The translations under genes and the position numbers were made by a program. From Rhodobacter capsulatus SB 1003 (GTDB lineage: Bacteria; Pseudomonadota; Alphaproteobacteria; Rhodobacterales; Rhodobacteraceae), in NCBI RefSeq assembly GCF_000021865.1, contig NC_014034.1, positions 2,670,001 to 2,702,000 on the forward strand: DNA of 32,000 nt, in the 5' to 3' direction. Positions within the stretch are counted from its first letter, which is position 1. The number at the start of each line of letters is the position of its first letter. The notes under the pieces were generated by a model. It worked only from the letters and a program-made list of their open reading frames with translations, had not been told where the DNA came from and did not search any database. Shown piece after piece: positions 1 to 7,836 of the stretch.

Positions 1-637
1 GCGCGAAATCCATCTCGTCCCTGACCAGACGGCGGAAGCTGTCGCGATGCCGATCGACGCAGAACGGGTCGGAAAGCGAGATCCCGGCCCGCCCGCCGCC
101 GCGGTGGCAGCCCTGCGCGGCTTTCAGGAACCCCGCCTTGCCGTGATCCTTGTCGAAAAGATAGCCCTCAAGGAACAGCATCTCGGTGTTCTCGACCACC
201 TCAAGCGCCACATCCTCGGTCGAAAGCTCGGCCGAGATCCCCAGATAGGTGTTCATCGAGCGCTCGCCATCGGGCGTCACGAAGATCATCGAGCGCGACG
301 AGGGCAGATCGGCGCCCTTCACCGGCGGGTTCGGGAAATCCGTGCCCTCGGCATTCAGCGCGGCCTTGTAGAAATGGCCCAAAGTGTCATCGGCGACGCG
401 GCCGATGAAGGCCGCCGTCAGGCCAAGGTTGCCCAGCCCCGCGATCGTGTTGCCGACCGAGCCGCCGGGCGCCTCGGTCCGCTCGGCCATCGCGGCATAA
501 AGCTTTTCGGCGCGCTCGCGCTCGATCAGCTGCATGATGCCCTTTTCGATGCCCATCGCGGCCAGGAATTCATCGTCACATTGCGCGATCACATCGACGA
601 TGGCGTTGCCGATGCCGACAATCTGGTATTTCTTCAT
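1..637 (-). CDS. PfkB-family kinase (adenosine kinase-like), N-terminal part only; gene runs off the left edge
   Basis: Absent from the ORF track because it is open at position 1. The reverse complement from ATG 637..635 reads MKKYQIVGIGNAIVDVIAQCDDEFLAAMGIEKG...EAPGGSVGNTIAGLGNLG...FLEGYLFD. This is the N-terminal GxGNxxxD and GG pattern of ribokinase/PfkB kinases. Its ATG overlaps the nth stop (ATGA at 634..637). Confidence 0.7.
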   Translation of the reverse strand, partial: MKKYQIVGIGNAIVDVIAQCDDEFLAAMGIEKGIMQLIERERAEKLYAAMAERTEAPGGSVGNTIAGLGNLGLTAAFIGRVADDTLGHFYKAALNAEGTDFPNPPVKGADLPSSRSMIFVTPDGERSMNTYLGISAELSTEDVALEVVENTEMLFLEGYLFDKDHGKAGFLKAAQGCHRGGGRAGISLSDPFCVDRHRDSFRRLVRDEMDFA

Positions 638-1278
638 GCGGTCTTCTCCTCGTAACGGCACAGATCCCGGATCAGGCAATCGGCGCAGCGGGGTTTGCGG
701 GCGGTGCAGATGTAGCGCCCGTGCAGGATCAGCCAGTGATGCGCATGGCGCTGAAATTCCACCGGCACATTGTCTTCGATGGCGCGCTCGACCGCATCGA
801 CATCCTTGCCCGGACAGATGCCGCTGCGGTTGCCGACGCGGAAGATATGGGTATCGACCGCCTGCGCCGGGTGCCCCCAGCCCATGTTCAGAACGACATT
901 CGCCGTCTTGCGCCCGACACCGGGCAGGCTGACCAGCGCCGCGCGCGAGGACGGCACCTGCCCGTCGAAGCGCTCGACCAGCAGACGGCTCAGCGCGATC
1001 ACGTTCTTCGCCTTGGTGCGGTAAAGCCCGATCGACTTGATGTGATGGGTCAGGCCTTCCTCGCCCAGGGCCAGCATCTTTTGCGGCGTGTCGGCCACGG
1101 GCCAAAGCGCGCGCGTGGCCTTGTTCACCCCCACATCGGTCGCCTGCGCCGAGAGCGCGACCGCGACCAGCAGGGTAAAGGCGTTCACATGCTCCAGCTC
1201 GCCCTCGGGATGCGGATTGGCCTCCGCAAACCGGCGGAAGACCTCTTTCATCGTCGGATAATCAAGCTGTGCACCCAT
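634..1278 (-). CDS. nth: Endonuclease III (DNA-(apurinic/apyrimidinic site) lyase)
   Basis: 214 aa. Helix-hairpin-helix LVSLPGVGRKTANVVL. C-terminal 4Fe-4S ligand pattern CTARKPRCADCLIRDLC (C-x6-C-x2-C-x5-C). High GC3 in this frame. Confidence 0.93.
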   Translation of the reverse strand: MGAQLDYPTMKEVFRRFAEANPHPEGELEHVNAFTLLVAVALSAQATDVGVNKATRALWPVADTPQKMLALGEEGLTHHIKSIGLYRTKAKNVIALSRLLVERFDGQVPSSRAALVSLPGVGRKTANVVLNMGWGHPAQAVDTHIFRVGNRSGICPGKDVDAVERAIEDNVPVEFQRHAHHWLILHGRYICTARKPRCADCLIRDLCRYEEKTA

Positions 1279-1432
1279 GGCCCCCTTCTGCCCGCCGTTC
1301 CCGCACGGGGCAAGAGGGCGCGCGCAGGATTAACCGAATTCGGCAATTTGCGGACAATTCGCCGCCGCCGTTAACGATTCGTTTGCCGTGACGCGGAAAG
1401 ATGGGCGCGTATCTGCAGGTGCAGGAGGTCAC

Positions 1433-2380
1433 ATGGACTACGGTTATCCGGTTTCGGTGCTGGGCTTCGACGCCGAGCGCGGGCTTTGGTCGCTCGACCA
1501 TGATTTCGACACCGCCACGATGCTCTGGCAGCTTGTGCATGGCGCCGACGGGTCCGAACTGCGCTCCGAACTGCGCGATGCGATGGGCCATGTCGTCGCC
1601 GCGGGGCAGATGACCGCCGATGTGCCGCTGGTGCTGCAAAAACCGGACGGCGGCATGATCCGGCTCGACCGGATCGAGATTGCCGGGGTGCTGTGCCTTT
1701 ACATGGCCTCGGAGCCGCTGACCCCCGGCATCGATTACACCGAGGCCGAGCCCTTCGCCCTGCCCGCCCGCGCCGCCAGCCCCGAGGAAATCGCCGCCCT
1801 GCCCTGCCTGGGCACCGGCACGATGATCGCCACCGCCGAGGGCCCGGCGCCGATCGACTGGCTGCGCCCGGGCGACCGGGTGCTGACGCGCGACAACGGC
1901 TATCAGCCGCTTCTCTGGGTCGGCCAGCACACGATGCCGCGCCGCGCGCCGGCCGAAACCCGGCCGCTGCTGCTTTCCGCCGCCTGTTTCGGCGAGGCGC
2001 TGCCGGAACGCGACGTGCTGCTCTCGCCCGGGACCGGGGTGCTTCTGGCGGGGCATGAACTGGAACTCTGGTTCGGCGAATCCGAGATGTTCGCCAAGGC
2101 CCGTCACGCGCTGCCCAAGGCCGAGGCCGGGGCGGGGTCGCAAAAGCTCTACTCGATGCTGCTCGCCACCCCCGAGGTTGTGCTGGCCGAAGGGATGTGG
2201 GTCGGCTCGGTCCATGCCGATGCCGCCTATCTGTCGCTGCTGCCCGACCGCATCCGCGGCGCGATCAGCGCGCGCGTGACCGCGGGCCATGCCGATCCGG
2301 TCCGCGCCTGGCTTGAAGATTGGGAAGTGGCGATGTTCCGCCGCGAACGTCTGGCCCGCGCCCGCCGCGTCGCCGCCTGA
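1433..2380 (+). CDS. Hint (Hedgehog/intein-like) domain-containing protein, Rhodobacterales Hint_2 type
   Basis: Contains CLGTGTMIATAEGPAPIDWLRPGDRVLTRDNGYQPLLWVG, the typical Hint_2 N-terminal block starting with Cys. Start moved from GTG 1388 to ATG 1433, which has GGAGG at 1423..1427. Confidence 0.75.
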   Translation: MDYGYPVSVLGFDAERGLWSLDHDFDTATMLWQLVHGADGSELRSELRDAMGHVVAAGQMTADVPLVLQKPDGGMIRLDRIEIAGVLCLYMASEPLTPGIDYTEAEPFALPARAASPEEIAALPCLGTGTMIATAEGPAPIDWLRPGDRVLTRDNGYQPLLWVGQHTMPRRAPAETRPLLLSAACFGEALPERDVLLSPGTGVLLAGHELELWFGESEMFAKARHALPKAEAGAGSQKLYSMLLATPEVVLAEGMWVGSVHADAAYLSLLPDRIRGAISARVTAGHADPVRAWLEDWEVAMFRRERLARARRVAA

Positions 2381-2455
2381 CCCGCCGAAACCGCAGCTTT
2401 CGGGTCGCCCGCAGCGTCCGAACCGGGCTAGGATGGCGCAACGAAAGGCGTGCCG

Positions 2456-3355
2456 ATGTCCGACCCGATCCCGCTGGAAGACCGCTATCACTACCGCCTG
2501 ATCGCCCGGGCGATCACCGAAATCGACGCCGCCCAGGCCGAGGCCCGGGCCGCGGGCCGCCCGGTGCAGATCCCGCTCGACGCGCTTGCGGCACGGCTGG
2601 GCCTGTCGGCGGCGCATTTCCAGCGCGTCTTTTCCGCCTGGGCCGGGGTCTCGCCGAAACGCTACACGCAATATCTCTCGCTCACGCTGGCGCGCGAGCT
2701 TTTGGCGCAAAAGCTGCCGCTTGATCAGGTCGCCGAGACGGCGGGGCTTTCCGCCCCCTCGCGGCTGCATGATCTGATCCTGCGCTGGGAGGCGATGACC
2801 CCGGGCGAATTCGCCGCGGGCGGGGCCGGGCTGGTGATCCGCTGGGGCCGGTTCGACAGCCCCTTCGGCCCGGTGCTGGGGTTCGGCACCGACCGCGGCC
2901 TGTGCGGCCTTGCCTTCACCGAGGAGATGGGCCCGGAGGCCGCCTTTGCCGACATGGTCGCGCGCTGGCCCGGCGCGCGGCTGACCGAGGACCCGGCGCC
3001 ACTGGCAGGCTGGGTCGCGGCGGCCTTCGGCACCGGCGGCGAAGCGCGGCTTTGCGTCCTTGGCGCGCCGTTCCAGATCAAGGTCTGGGAGGCGCTTCTG
3101 GCCATCCCCTCGGGCGAGGTCCGCAGCTATTCCGACATCGCCGCGCGCATCGGCAGCCCGCGCGCGGTGCGGGCGGTGGGCACGGCGGTCGGGCGCAACC
3201 CGGTCGCGGTGCTGATCCCCTGCCACCGGGTGCTGCGCGCCTCGGGGGGGCTGGGCGGCTATCACTGGGGGCTGGGGCTGAAACGGGCGCTGCTGGCGCG
3301 CGAGGCGGCCAGACATGAGGCCGGGCATGGGGCCAGACACGAAGCCGGGCTCTGA
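2456..3355 (+). CDS. AraC-type HTH fused to methylated-DNA--protein-cysteine methyltransferase (Ada-like, lacking the N-terminal Zn methyl-phosphotriester domain)
   Basis: AraC HTH segment LAARLGLSAAHFQRVFSAWAGVSPKRY. C-terminal MGMT domain with active site IPCHRV, plus FQIKVWEALLAIPSGEVRSYSDIA. The ATG at 2456 has AAAGG 7 nt upstream; the track start is GTG 2450. Confidence 0.85.
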   Translation: MSDPIPLEDRYHYRLIARAITEIDAAQAEARAAGRPVQIPLDALAARLGLSAAHFQRVFSAWAGVSPKRYTQYLSLTLARELLAQKLPLDQVAETAGLSAPSRLHDLILRWEAMTPGEFAAGGAGLVIRWGRFDSPFGPVLGFGTDRGLCGLAFTEEMGPEAAFADMVARWPGARLTEDPAPLAGWVAAAFGTGGEARLCVLGAPFQIKVWEALLAIPSGEVRSYSDIAARIGSPRAVRAVGTAVGRNPVAVLIPCHRVLRASGGLGGYHWGLGLKRALLAREAARHEAGHGARHEAGL

Positions 3356-3478
3356 CCCTCTCGCCGGAATTTGATGCGCAAGAATCCGCCCAATGCGCAG
3401 AGGGCATGGAACCGCGACGAAAATCTGGGGTAGACTGGGGGCAACGGCCGCGATGGCCGCAAGCACAAGGGCAGATCC

Positions 3479-4153
3479 ATGACCAAGACCTCCACCCTCC
3501 TTCTCGCCTGCACCGGGCTTTTCGCACTGGCCGCCTGCACCGAACCCTACAGCCAGGGCTACACCGGGTCGTCCAGCGCCGACCCCAATGCCAACATGCG
3601 CGGCGGCGCGATCACCGGGGCGCTGATCGGCGGCGTTCTGGGCGCCACCAGCAATGGCGACGAGAAACTGGAAAAGGCCGCCGCCGGGGCGATCGTCGGC
3701 GGGCTGATCGGCGGCGCCATCGGCAACCAGCTGGACAAGCAGGCGCAGGAGCTGCGCCGCGATCTGGACACCAACGGCGTCTCGGTCGTGCGTCAGGGCA
3801 ACCAGCTGATCGTGACGATGCCGCAAGACGTGCTCTTTGCCGTCGACAGCGCCGCCGTGCGCCCCGATCTGCAACGCGATCTCTACACGCTCTCGGGCAG
3901 TCTGAACCGCTATCCCGACACCACCGTCGATGTCGTCGGCCACACCGATTCGGACGGCGATGCCGCCTATAACCAGCGCCTGTCGCAAGACCGCGCCAAT
4001 GCGGTCGCCCGCATCCTGATCGGCGCCGGCGTGCCCTCCTATCGCGTCGTGGCTTACGGCCGCGGCGAGGAACAGCCGGTCGCCTCGAACCTCAGCGCCG
4101 CGGGCAAGGCGCAAAACCGCCGCGTCGAATTCATCATCCGTCCGAACCGGTAA
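3479..4153 (+). CDS. OmpA-family lipoprotein with glycine-zipper region
   Basis: Signal peptide with lipobox LAAC. Gly-rich GAITGALIGGVLGA/GAIVGGLIGGAIG. OmpA C-terminal peptidoglycan-binding block VVGHTDSDGDAAYNQRLSQDRANAV...NRRVEF. Confidence 0.88.
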   Translation: MTKTSTLLLACTGLFALAACTEPYSQGYTGSSSADPNANMRGGAITGALIGGVLGATSNGDEKLEKAAAGAIVGGLIGGAIGNQLDKQAQELRRDLDTNGVSVVRQGNQLIVTMPQDVLFAVDSAAVRPDLQRDLYTLSGSLNRYPDTTVDVVGHTDSDGDAAYNQRLSQDRANAVARILIGAGVPSYRVVAYGRGEEQPVASNLSAAGKAQNRRVEFIIRPNR

Positions 4154-4170
4154 GCAGCGCCCCGGACAAC

Positions 4171-4200
4171 AGGCCGGGCTTCGCGCCCGGCCTGCCATTT
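4171..4200 (+). terminator. Stem-loop after the OmpA-family gene (possible intrinsic terminator)
   Basis: AGGCCGGGC (4171..4179) pairs with GCCCGGCCT (4185..4193) around a 5-nt loop. It is followed by a weak T-containing tract, GCCATTTCCCATT. Confidence 0.4.
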
Positions 4201-4221
4201 CCCATTGCCCGTCTTTCCCAT

Positions 4222-4240
4222 TGGTCATAGTTTCTGACCA
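4222..4240. promoter_or_regulatory. Candidate GntR/FadR-family operator (TGGTCA-N7-TGACCA)
   Basis: Perfect 6-bp inverted repeat TGGTCATAGTTTCTGACCA, 13 nt upstream of the GntR-family ATG (4253). It contains the GT...AC core typical of FadR-subfamily operators. Confidence 0.45.
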
Positions 4241-4252
4241 CGGGAGAGAGAA

Positions 4253-5026
4253 ATGCCATTCCAGAAGATCGAATCCGAGAAACTTGCCTCGGCCGTCGTG
4301 CGTCAGATCGAAAATCTGATCGTCGAGGGCGTGCTGCGCCCCGGCGAACGGCTGCCGTCGGAACGCGAATTGTCCGAACGCCTTGCGGTGTCGCGGCCCT
4401 CGCTGCGCGAGGCGGTGGCGGAATTGCAGCAGGAAGGCCTGCTGACCACCCGCGCCGGATCGGGGATCTTCGTCGCCGAAGTGCTGGGCTCGGCGTTTTC
4501 GCCCGCGCTGATCCGGCTTTTCGCCCGCAACGATCAGGCGGTCTTCGACTATCTCGCCTTCCGGCGCGATCTGGAGGGGATGGCGGCGGAACGCGCGGCC
4601 AAGATGGGCTCGGACACCGATCTGAAGGTGATCGACGCGATCCTGACGCGGATGGAAACGGCCCATGGCAAGCGCAACCCCGCCGACGAGGCGGCGCTGG
4701 ATGCGCAATTCCACATGGCGATCGTCGAGGCGAGCCACAACATCATCATGCTGCACATGATGCGGGCGATGTTCGACCTTTTGTCGGAAGGCGTGTTCTA
4801 CAACCGCCAGATCATGTTCCGCAACCGCTCCACCCGCGAGGCGCTGCTGGAGCAGCACCGGGCGATCAACGCGGCGATTCAGGCGCGCGACGGCTTTGCC
4901 GCGCGGGCGGCGGTGGCGGCGCATATGGATTTCGTCGAAGTGGCGCTGACCGAGTTGCGCAAGGCCGAACGCCACGAGGCGCTGGCCCGGCTGCGGCTGC
5001 AACATCAAAGCGCGAAAGCGCCGTAA
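4253..5026 (+). CDS. GntR-family transcriptional regulator, FadR/FCD subfamily (PdhR/LldR-like)
   Basis: N-terminal winged HTH LPSERELSERLAVSRPSLREAVAELQQEGLL. C-terminal FCD-like helical domain (FHMAIVEASHN...). RBS GGGAGAGAG upstream. Confidence 0.88.
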   Translation: MPFQKIESEKLASAVVRQIENLIVEGVLRPGERLPSERELSERLAVSRPSLREAVAELQQEGLLTTRAGSGIFVAEVLGSAFSPALIRLFARNDQAVFDYLAFRRDLEGMAAERAAKMGSDTDLKVIDAILTRMETAHGKRNPADEAALDAQFHMAIVEASHNIIMLHMMRAMFDLLSEGVFYNRQIMFRNRSTREALLEQHRAINAAIQARDGFAARAAVAAHMDFVEVALTELRKAERHEALARLRLQHQSAKAP

Positions 5027-5037
5027 CCGCGGCGCCG

Positions 5038-5433
5038 TCAGCCCCGCGGCGGCGGCGGCAGGGCCGGATCGCGCAGGCATTTCGCCAGCGGCAGCGCCTT
5101 CAGCCGGTCGATGAACCAGACCTCGCCCTCGGCGGCACGGCCGTAATCGCCCGCGGCGCAGGCGCAGCCATAGCCGTAAGACCCATTCGTCGCGACCCAG
5201 TCGTCGCCGAAATCGGCCTCCGACCAGTCCAGATTGTCCCAGCCGCCGACCTCGAGCGCGCCCTGCGCGGCGAACCACCAGTCCCCCTCGGCATCGGTCA
5301 GGTAGAAATTCCCCGGCGTCGGATTGACGAACCAGCCGCAGCGGGTTTCCGACCGCGCCTCGGCCAGGACCGCCCCCGCCCCCAGTCCCGTCCCCAGTCC
5401 GAAAGCCACGGCCAGCGCCACGATCTTACGCAA
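5038..5433 (-). CDS. Secreted DUF4087-like small protein
   Basis: 131 aa with signal peptide MRKIVALAVAFGLGTGLGAGAVLA. CGWFVNPTPGNFYLTDAEGDWW and YGYGCAC blocks as I recall for DUF4087. TTG start overlaps the fnrL 3' end by 8 nt. Confidence 0.55.
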   Translation of the reverse strand: MRKIVALAVAFGLGTGLGAGAVLAEARSETRCGWFVNPTPGNFYLTDAEGDWWFAAQGALEVGGWDNLDWSEADFGDDWVATNGSYGYGCACAAGDYGRAAEGEVWFIDRLKALPLAKCLRDPALPPPPRG

Positions 5434-6172
5434 TCAGACCGCCATCGCTGTCGTCGCCCGCCTCGATCAGCAGCCGGTCCATGTCGGGCACGGTGACGTG
5501 ACGTTTCCCCTCCAGCTCGATCACCCCGTCGCGTTTGAGCGCGGACATCTGCCGGCTGACGGTCTCCAGCGTCAGGCCAAGATAATCCGCCATCGCCTCG
5601 CGCGTCAGCGGCAGATCGAAGCTCAGACGGCCGCGCATCTTGCGGTGACGAATCGACGCATCGCGGCGCGCGACGATCGACAGAAGCGAGGCGATCTTCT
5701 CGCGCGCGGTCTTGCGACCGAGCAAAAGCATCCATTCGCGCGCGGCATCGAGCTCGTCCAAAGTCATCTGCAACAGCCGCTGCGCGATGTGCGGCGTGCG
5801 CTCCATCATCTCCTCGAAGGGCTTGCGGCGGAAGCAGCACATCAGGATATCGGTCGTCGCGGTGACATTGTAAGCCGCCCGGTCGCGGCCGGGTCTTCCA
5901 ACGAAATCAGAGGGTAAGAGCAATCCCACCATCTGCGTGCGACCATCTTCGAGGGTCTGGGTCAGGGTCGCGATCCCCGAGACGACCGAGGCCACGAAGT
6001 CCATCTTGTCGCCCGACCAGATCACCGTCTGCCCCGCTTCGAAGCTCCGGTAATACTTCGCGCCCTCGAGTTCATCGAGTTCGGAACTCTCGCATCTTGC
6101 GCAGACGGCCCGGTGCCTGATCGGGCAGTCTCCGCATTGCAGCGAGACCGGATGAGCGTCGTCGTGAGACAT
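5426..6172 (-). CDS. fnrL: FNR-type anaerobic transcriptional regulator FnrL (Crp/Fnr family)
   Basis: 248 aa starting at ATG 6172 (MSHDDAHPVSLQCGDCPIRHRAVCARC...). N-terminal Cys cluster for 4Fe-4S, cNMP-binding fold, C-terminal HTH TREAMADYLGLTLETVSRQMSALK. The track ORF 5426..7570 is this gene plus a spurious upstream extension antisense to hemN. Confidence 0.9.
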   Translation of the reverse strand: MSHDDAHPVSLQCGDCPIRHRAVCARCESSELDELEGAKYYRSFEAGQTVIWSGDKMDFVASVVSGIATLTQTLEDGRTQMVGLLLPSDFVGRPGRDRAAYNVTATTDILMCCFRRKPFEEMMERTPHIAQRLLQMTLDELDAAREWMLLLGRKTAREKIASLLSIVARRDASIRHRKMRGRLSFDLPLTREAMADYLGLTLETVSRQMSALKRDGVIELEGKRHVTVPDMDRLLIEAGDDSDGGLIA

Positions 6173-6180
6173 TGCCTTGC

Positions 6181-6194
6181 TTGATTTGGGACAA
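6181..6194. promoter_or_regulatory. FNR (FnrL) box in the fnrL-hemN divergent intergenic region
   Basis: TTGATTTGGGACAA versus consensus TTGAT-N4-ATCAA (TTGA-N6-ACAA, one mismatch in the TTGA-N6-TCAA core). A TACAAT -10-like hexamer at 6218..6223 lies about 32 bp from the box centre, which is class II FNR geometry. Confidence 0.55.
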
Positions 6195-6229
6195 TACTTT
6201 GTTCGCGTCGTGAAGGATACAATACGCCC

Positions 6230-7585
6230 ATGAAACATGAATCGCAACTCGCCCGGCTCGGCCTCTTCGATGCCAAGGTGCCCCGCTACACCAGCTACCC
6301 GACTGCACCCCATTTCTCCAAGGATATCGGCCCCTCGCAGTTCATCGAGTGGATCGAGGCGATTCCGGCGGGGGCGTCGATCTCGCTTTACATGCACGTG
6401 CCCTTCTGTCGGCGCCTGTGCTGGTTCTGCGCCTGCCGCACCCAGGGCACGCAGACCGACGCGCCGGTGAAGACCTATGCCGAGACGCTGATCAAGGAAG
6501 TTGCGATGCTGAAATCGCATCTTGCCCCGGGCGTGAAGCTGTCGCGGCTGCATTGGGGCGGCGGCACCGCGACGCTGCTTCCGGCGGACTCGATGCGCAA
6601 GATCGCCGAGGCGGTCTTTGAGGCGGTGCCGCTGGGCGAGAATGGCGAATTCTCGGTCGAGATCGACCCGAACGAGATCGACGACGAACGCATGGATGCG
6701 CTGGCGCAATCGGGGATGAACCGGGCCTCGGTGGGCATTCAGGATTTCGACCCCTTCATCCAGTCGGTGATCGGCCGCGAACAGACCTTCGAAGTGACGA
6801 AGATGGTCGTCGACATGATCCGCGACCGCGGCATCAACAGCCTGAACGCCGACATCCTCTATGGGCTGCCGCATCAGACGCCGCAGAAGATGACCGAAAG
6901 CGTCGAAAAGGTGCTGTCGCTGAAACCCGACCGTGTCGCCTTCTACGGCTATGCCCATGTGCCGTGGATGTCGCGTCGGCAATCGCTCATTCCGTCGGAA
7001 AACCTGCCGACCCCGCCCGAGCGGCTGGAGCTGTTCCACCTCTCGCGCGAGCTGTTCACCAAGGCGGGCTATGACGTGATCGGCATCGACCACTTCGCGC
7101 TGCCGCATGACGGGCTGGCCACCGCGCTGAAAGCGGGCAAGCTGCGCCGCAACTTCCAGGGCTATACCGACGATCAGGCCGAGGCCCTGGTGGGGCTGGG
7201 CGCCTCGTCGATCTCGCGCTTCCCGCAGGGCTTTGCGCAGAACGAAAGCCCGACCGGCACCTATACGGCGGCGATCCGCGAGGGCAAGTTCTCGACCCAC
7301 CGCGGCTTTGTCTTCTCGAAGGAAGACCTGATGCGCGGCCGTCTGATCGAGATGCTGATGTGCGACTTCAAGGCCGACAAGGCGGAACTTGTCAGCCAAT
7401 GGGGCGCCGATCCGGCGGTTCTGGATGCCGAATTCGCCGCTTGCGTGGCGAAATTCGAAGACATGGTGGTGGTGACCGAAGCGGGGCTGGAAATCCCCGA
7501 ACAGGGCCGGCCGCTGACGCGGATGATCGCGCGTCATTTCGATGCCTATGACCTCTCGAAAGCCGGGCACAGCTCGGCGATCTGA
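6230..7585 (+). CDS. hemN: Oxygen-independent coproporphyrinogen III oxidase (radical SAM)
   Basis: 451 aa. PRYTSYPTAPHF. Radical-SAM CRRLCWFCAC (CxxxCxxC). The divergent arrangement with fnrL matches the hemZ-fnrL arrangement described in Rhodobacter. Confidence 0.95.
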   Translation: MKHESQLARLGLFDAKVPRYTSYPTAPHFSKDIGPSQFIEWIEAIPAGASISLYMHVPFCRRLCWFCACRTQGTQTDAPVKTYAETLIKEVAMLKSHLAPGVKLSRLHWGGGTATLLPADSMRKIAEAVFEAVPLGENGEFSVEIDPNEIDDERMDALAQSGMNRASVGIQDFDPFIQSVIGREQTFEVTKMVVDMIRDRGINSLNADILYGLPHQTPQKMTESVEKVLSLKPDRVAFYGYAHVPWMSRRQSLIPSENLPTPPERLELFHLSRELFTKAGYDVIGIDHFALPHDGLATALKAGKLRRNFQGYTDDQAEALVGLGASSISRFPQGFAQNESPTGTYTAAIREGKFSTHRGFVFSKEDLMRGRLIEMLMCDFKADKAELVSQWGADPAVLDAEFAACVAKFEDMVVVTEAGLEIPEQGRPLTRMIARHFDAYDLSKAGHSSAI

Positions 7586-7615
7586 GGCGCTTCCATAACA
7601 AGGGAAGGGCAGACT

Positions 7616-7642
7616 GGGCGCCGCAAGGCGCCCATTTCTTTT
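7616..7642 (+). terminator. Rho-independent terminator of hemN
   Basis: GGGCGCC-GCAA-GGCGCCC (7-bp stem, GNRA loop) followed by ATTTCTTTT. Confidence 0.8.
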
Positions 7643-7836
7643 CCCGCCGCTTCGGGCTGGTATTTCGGCGCAAAGGGCGTAAACTGGCCGAAACCAGCAC
7701 AGGAGGGATGTTTGTCGGATCTTGCGCGCCTCCGGGCCGGGGTTTTCCGGGCGGTCTGACCGCCGAAGCCTCGTGCCCCCTGAATGTCACCGGCGCCCTG
7801 GCGCCTGTCTTTCAGTGTCCTGCGAGGATCACCTTG

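Noticed and set aside
1330-1385. TTAA-containing sequences upstream of the Hint gene as possible CtrA boxes (TTAA-N7-TTAAC)
   Set aside because: Only half-sites are present (TTAACGATTCGTTTG, and TTAACCGAATTCGG with a CCGAATTCGG palindrome). Neither is a full match.
1262-5278. 1338-aa minus-strand ORF spanning 4 kb
   Set aside because: The product is Arg/Gly/Ala/Pro-rich and has no motifs. It lies antisense to four well-supported + strand genes (Hint, Ada-like, OmpA-family, GntR). This is a stop-codon-poor shadow frame typical of high-GC DNA.
6173-7570. Upstream 466-codon extension of the fnrL ORF (track ORF 5426..7570)
   Set aside because: The extension is antisense to hemN and has junk-like composition. 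FnrL homologues begin near MSHDD..., just before the N-terminal Cys cluster.
7708-7836. Longer rsgA start at ATG 7708 preceded by AGGAGGG
   Set aside because: The SD is only about 1 nt from that ATG, and the 43-aa extension is not RsgA-like. ATG 7837 gives the typical N-terminus (..LAELGW..) and has GAGGA upstream.
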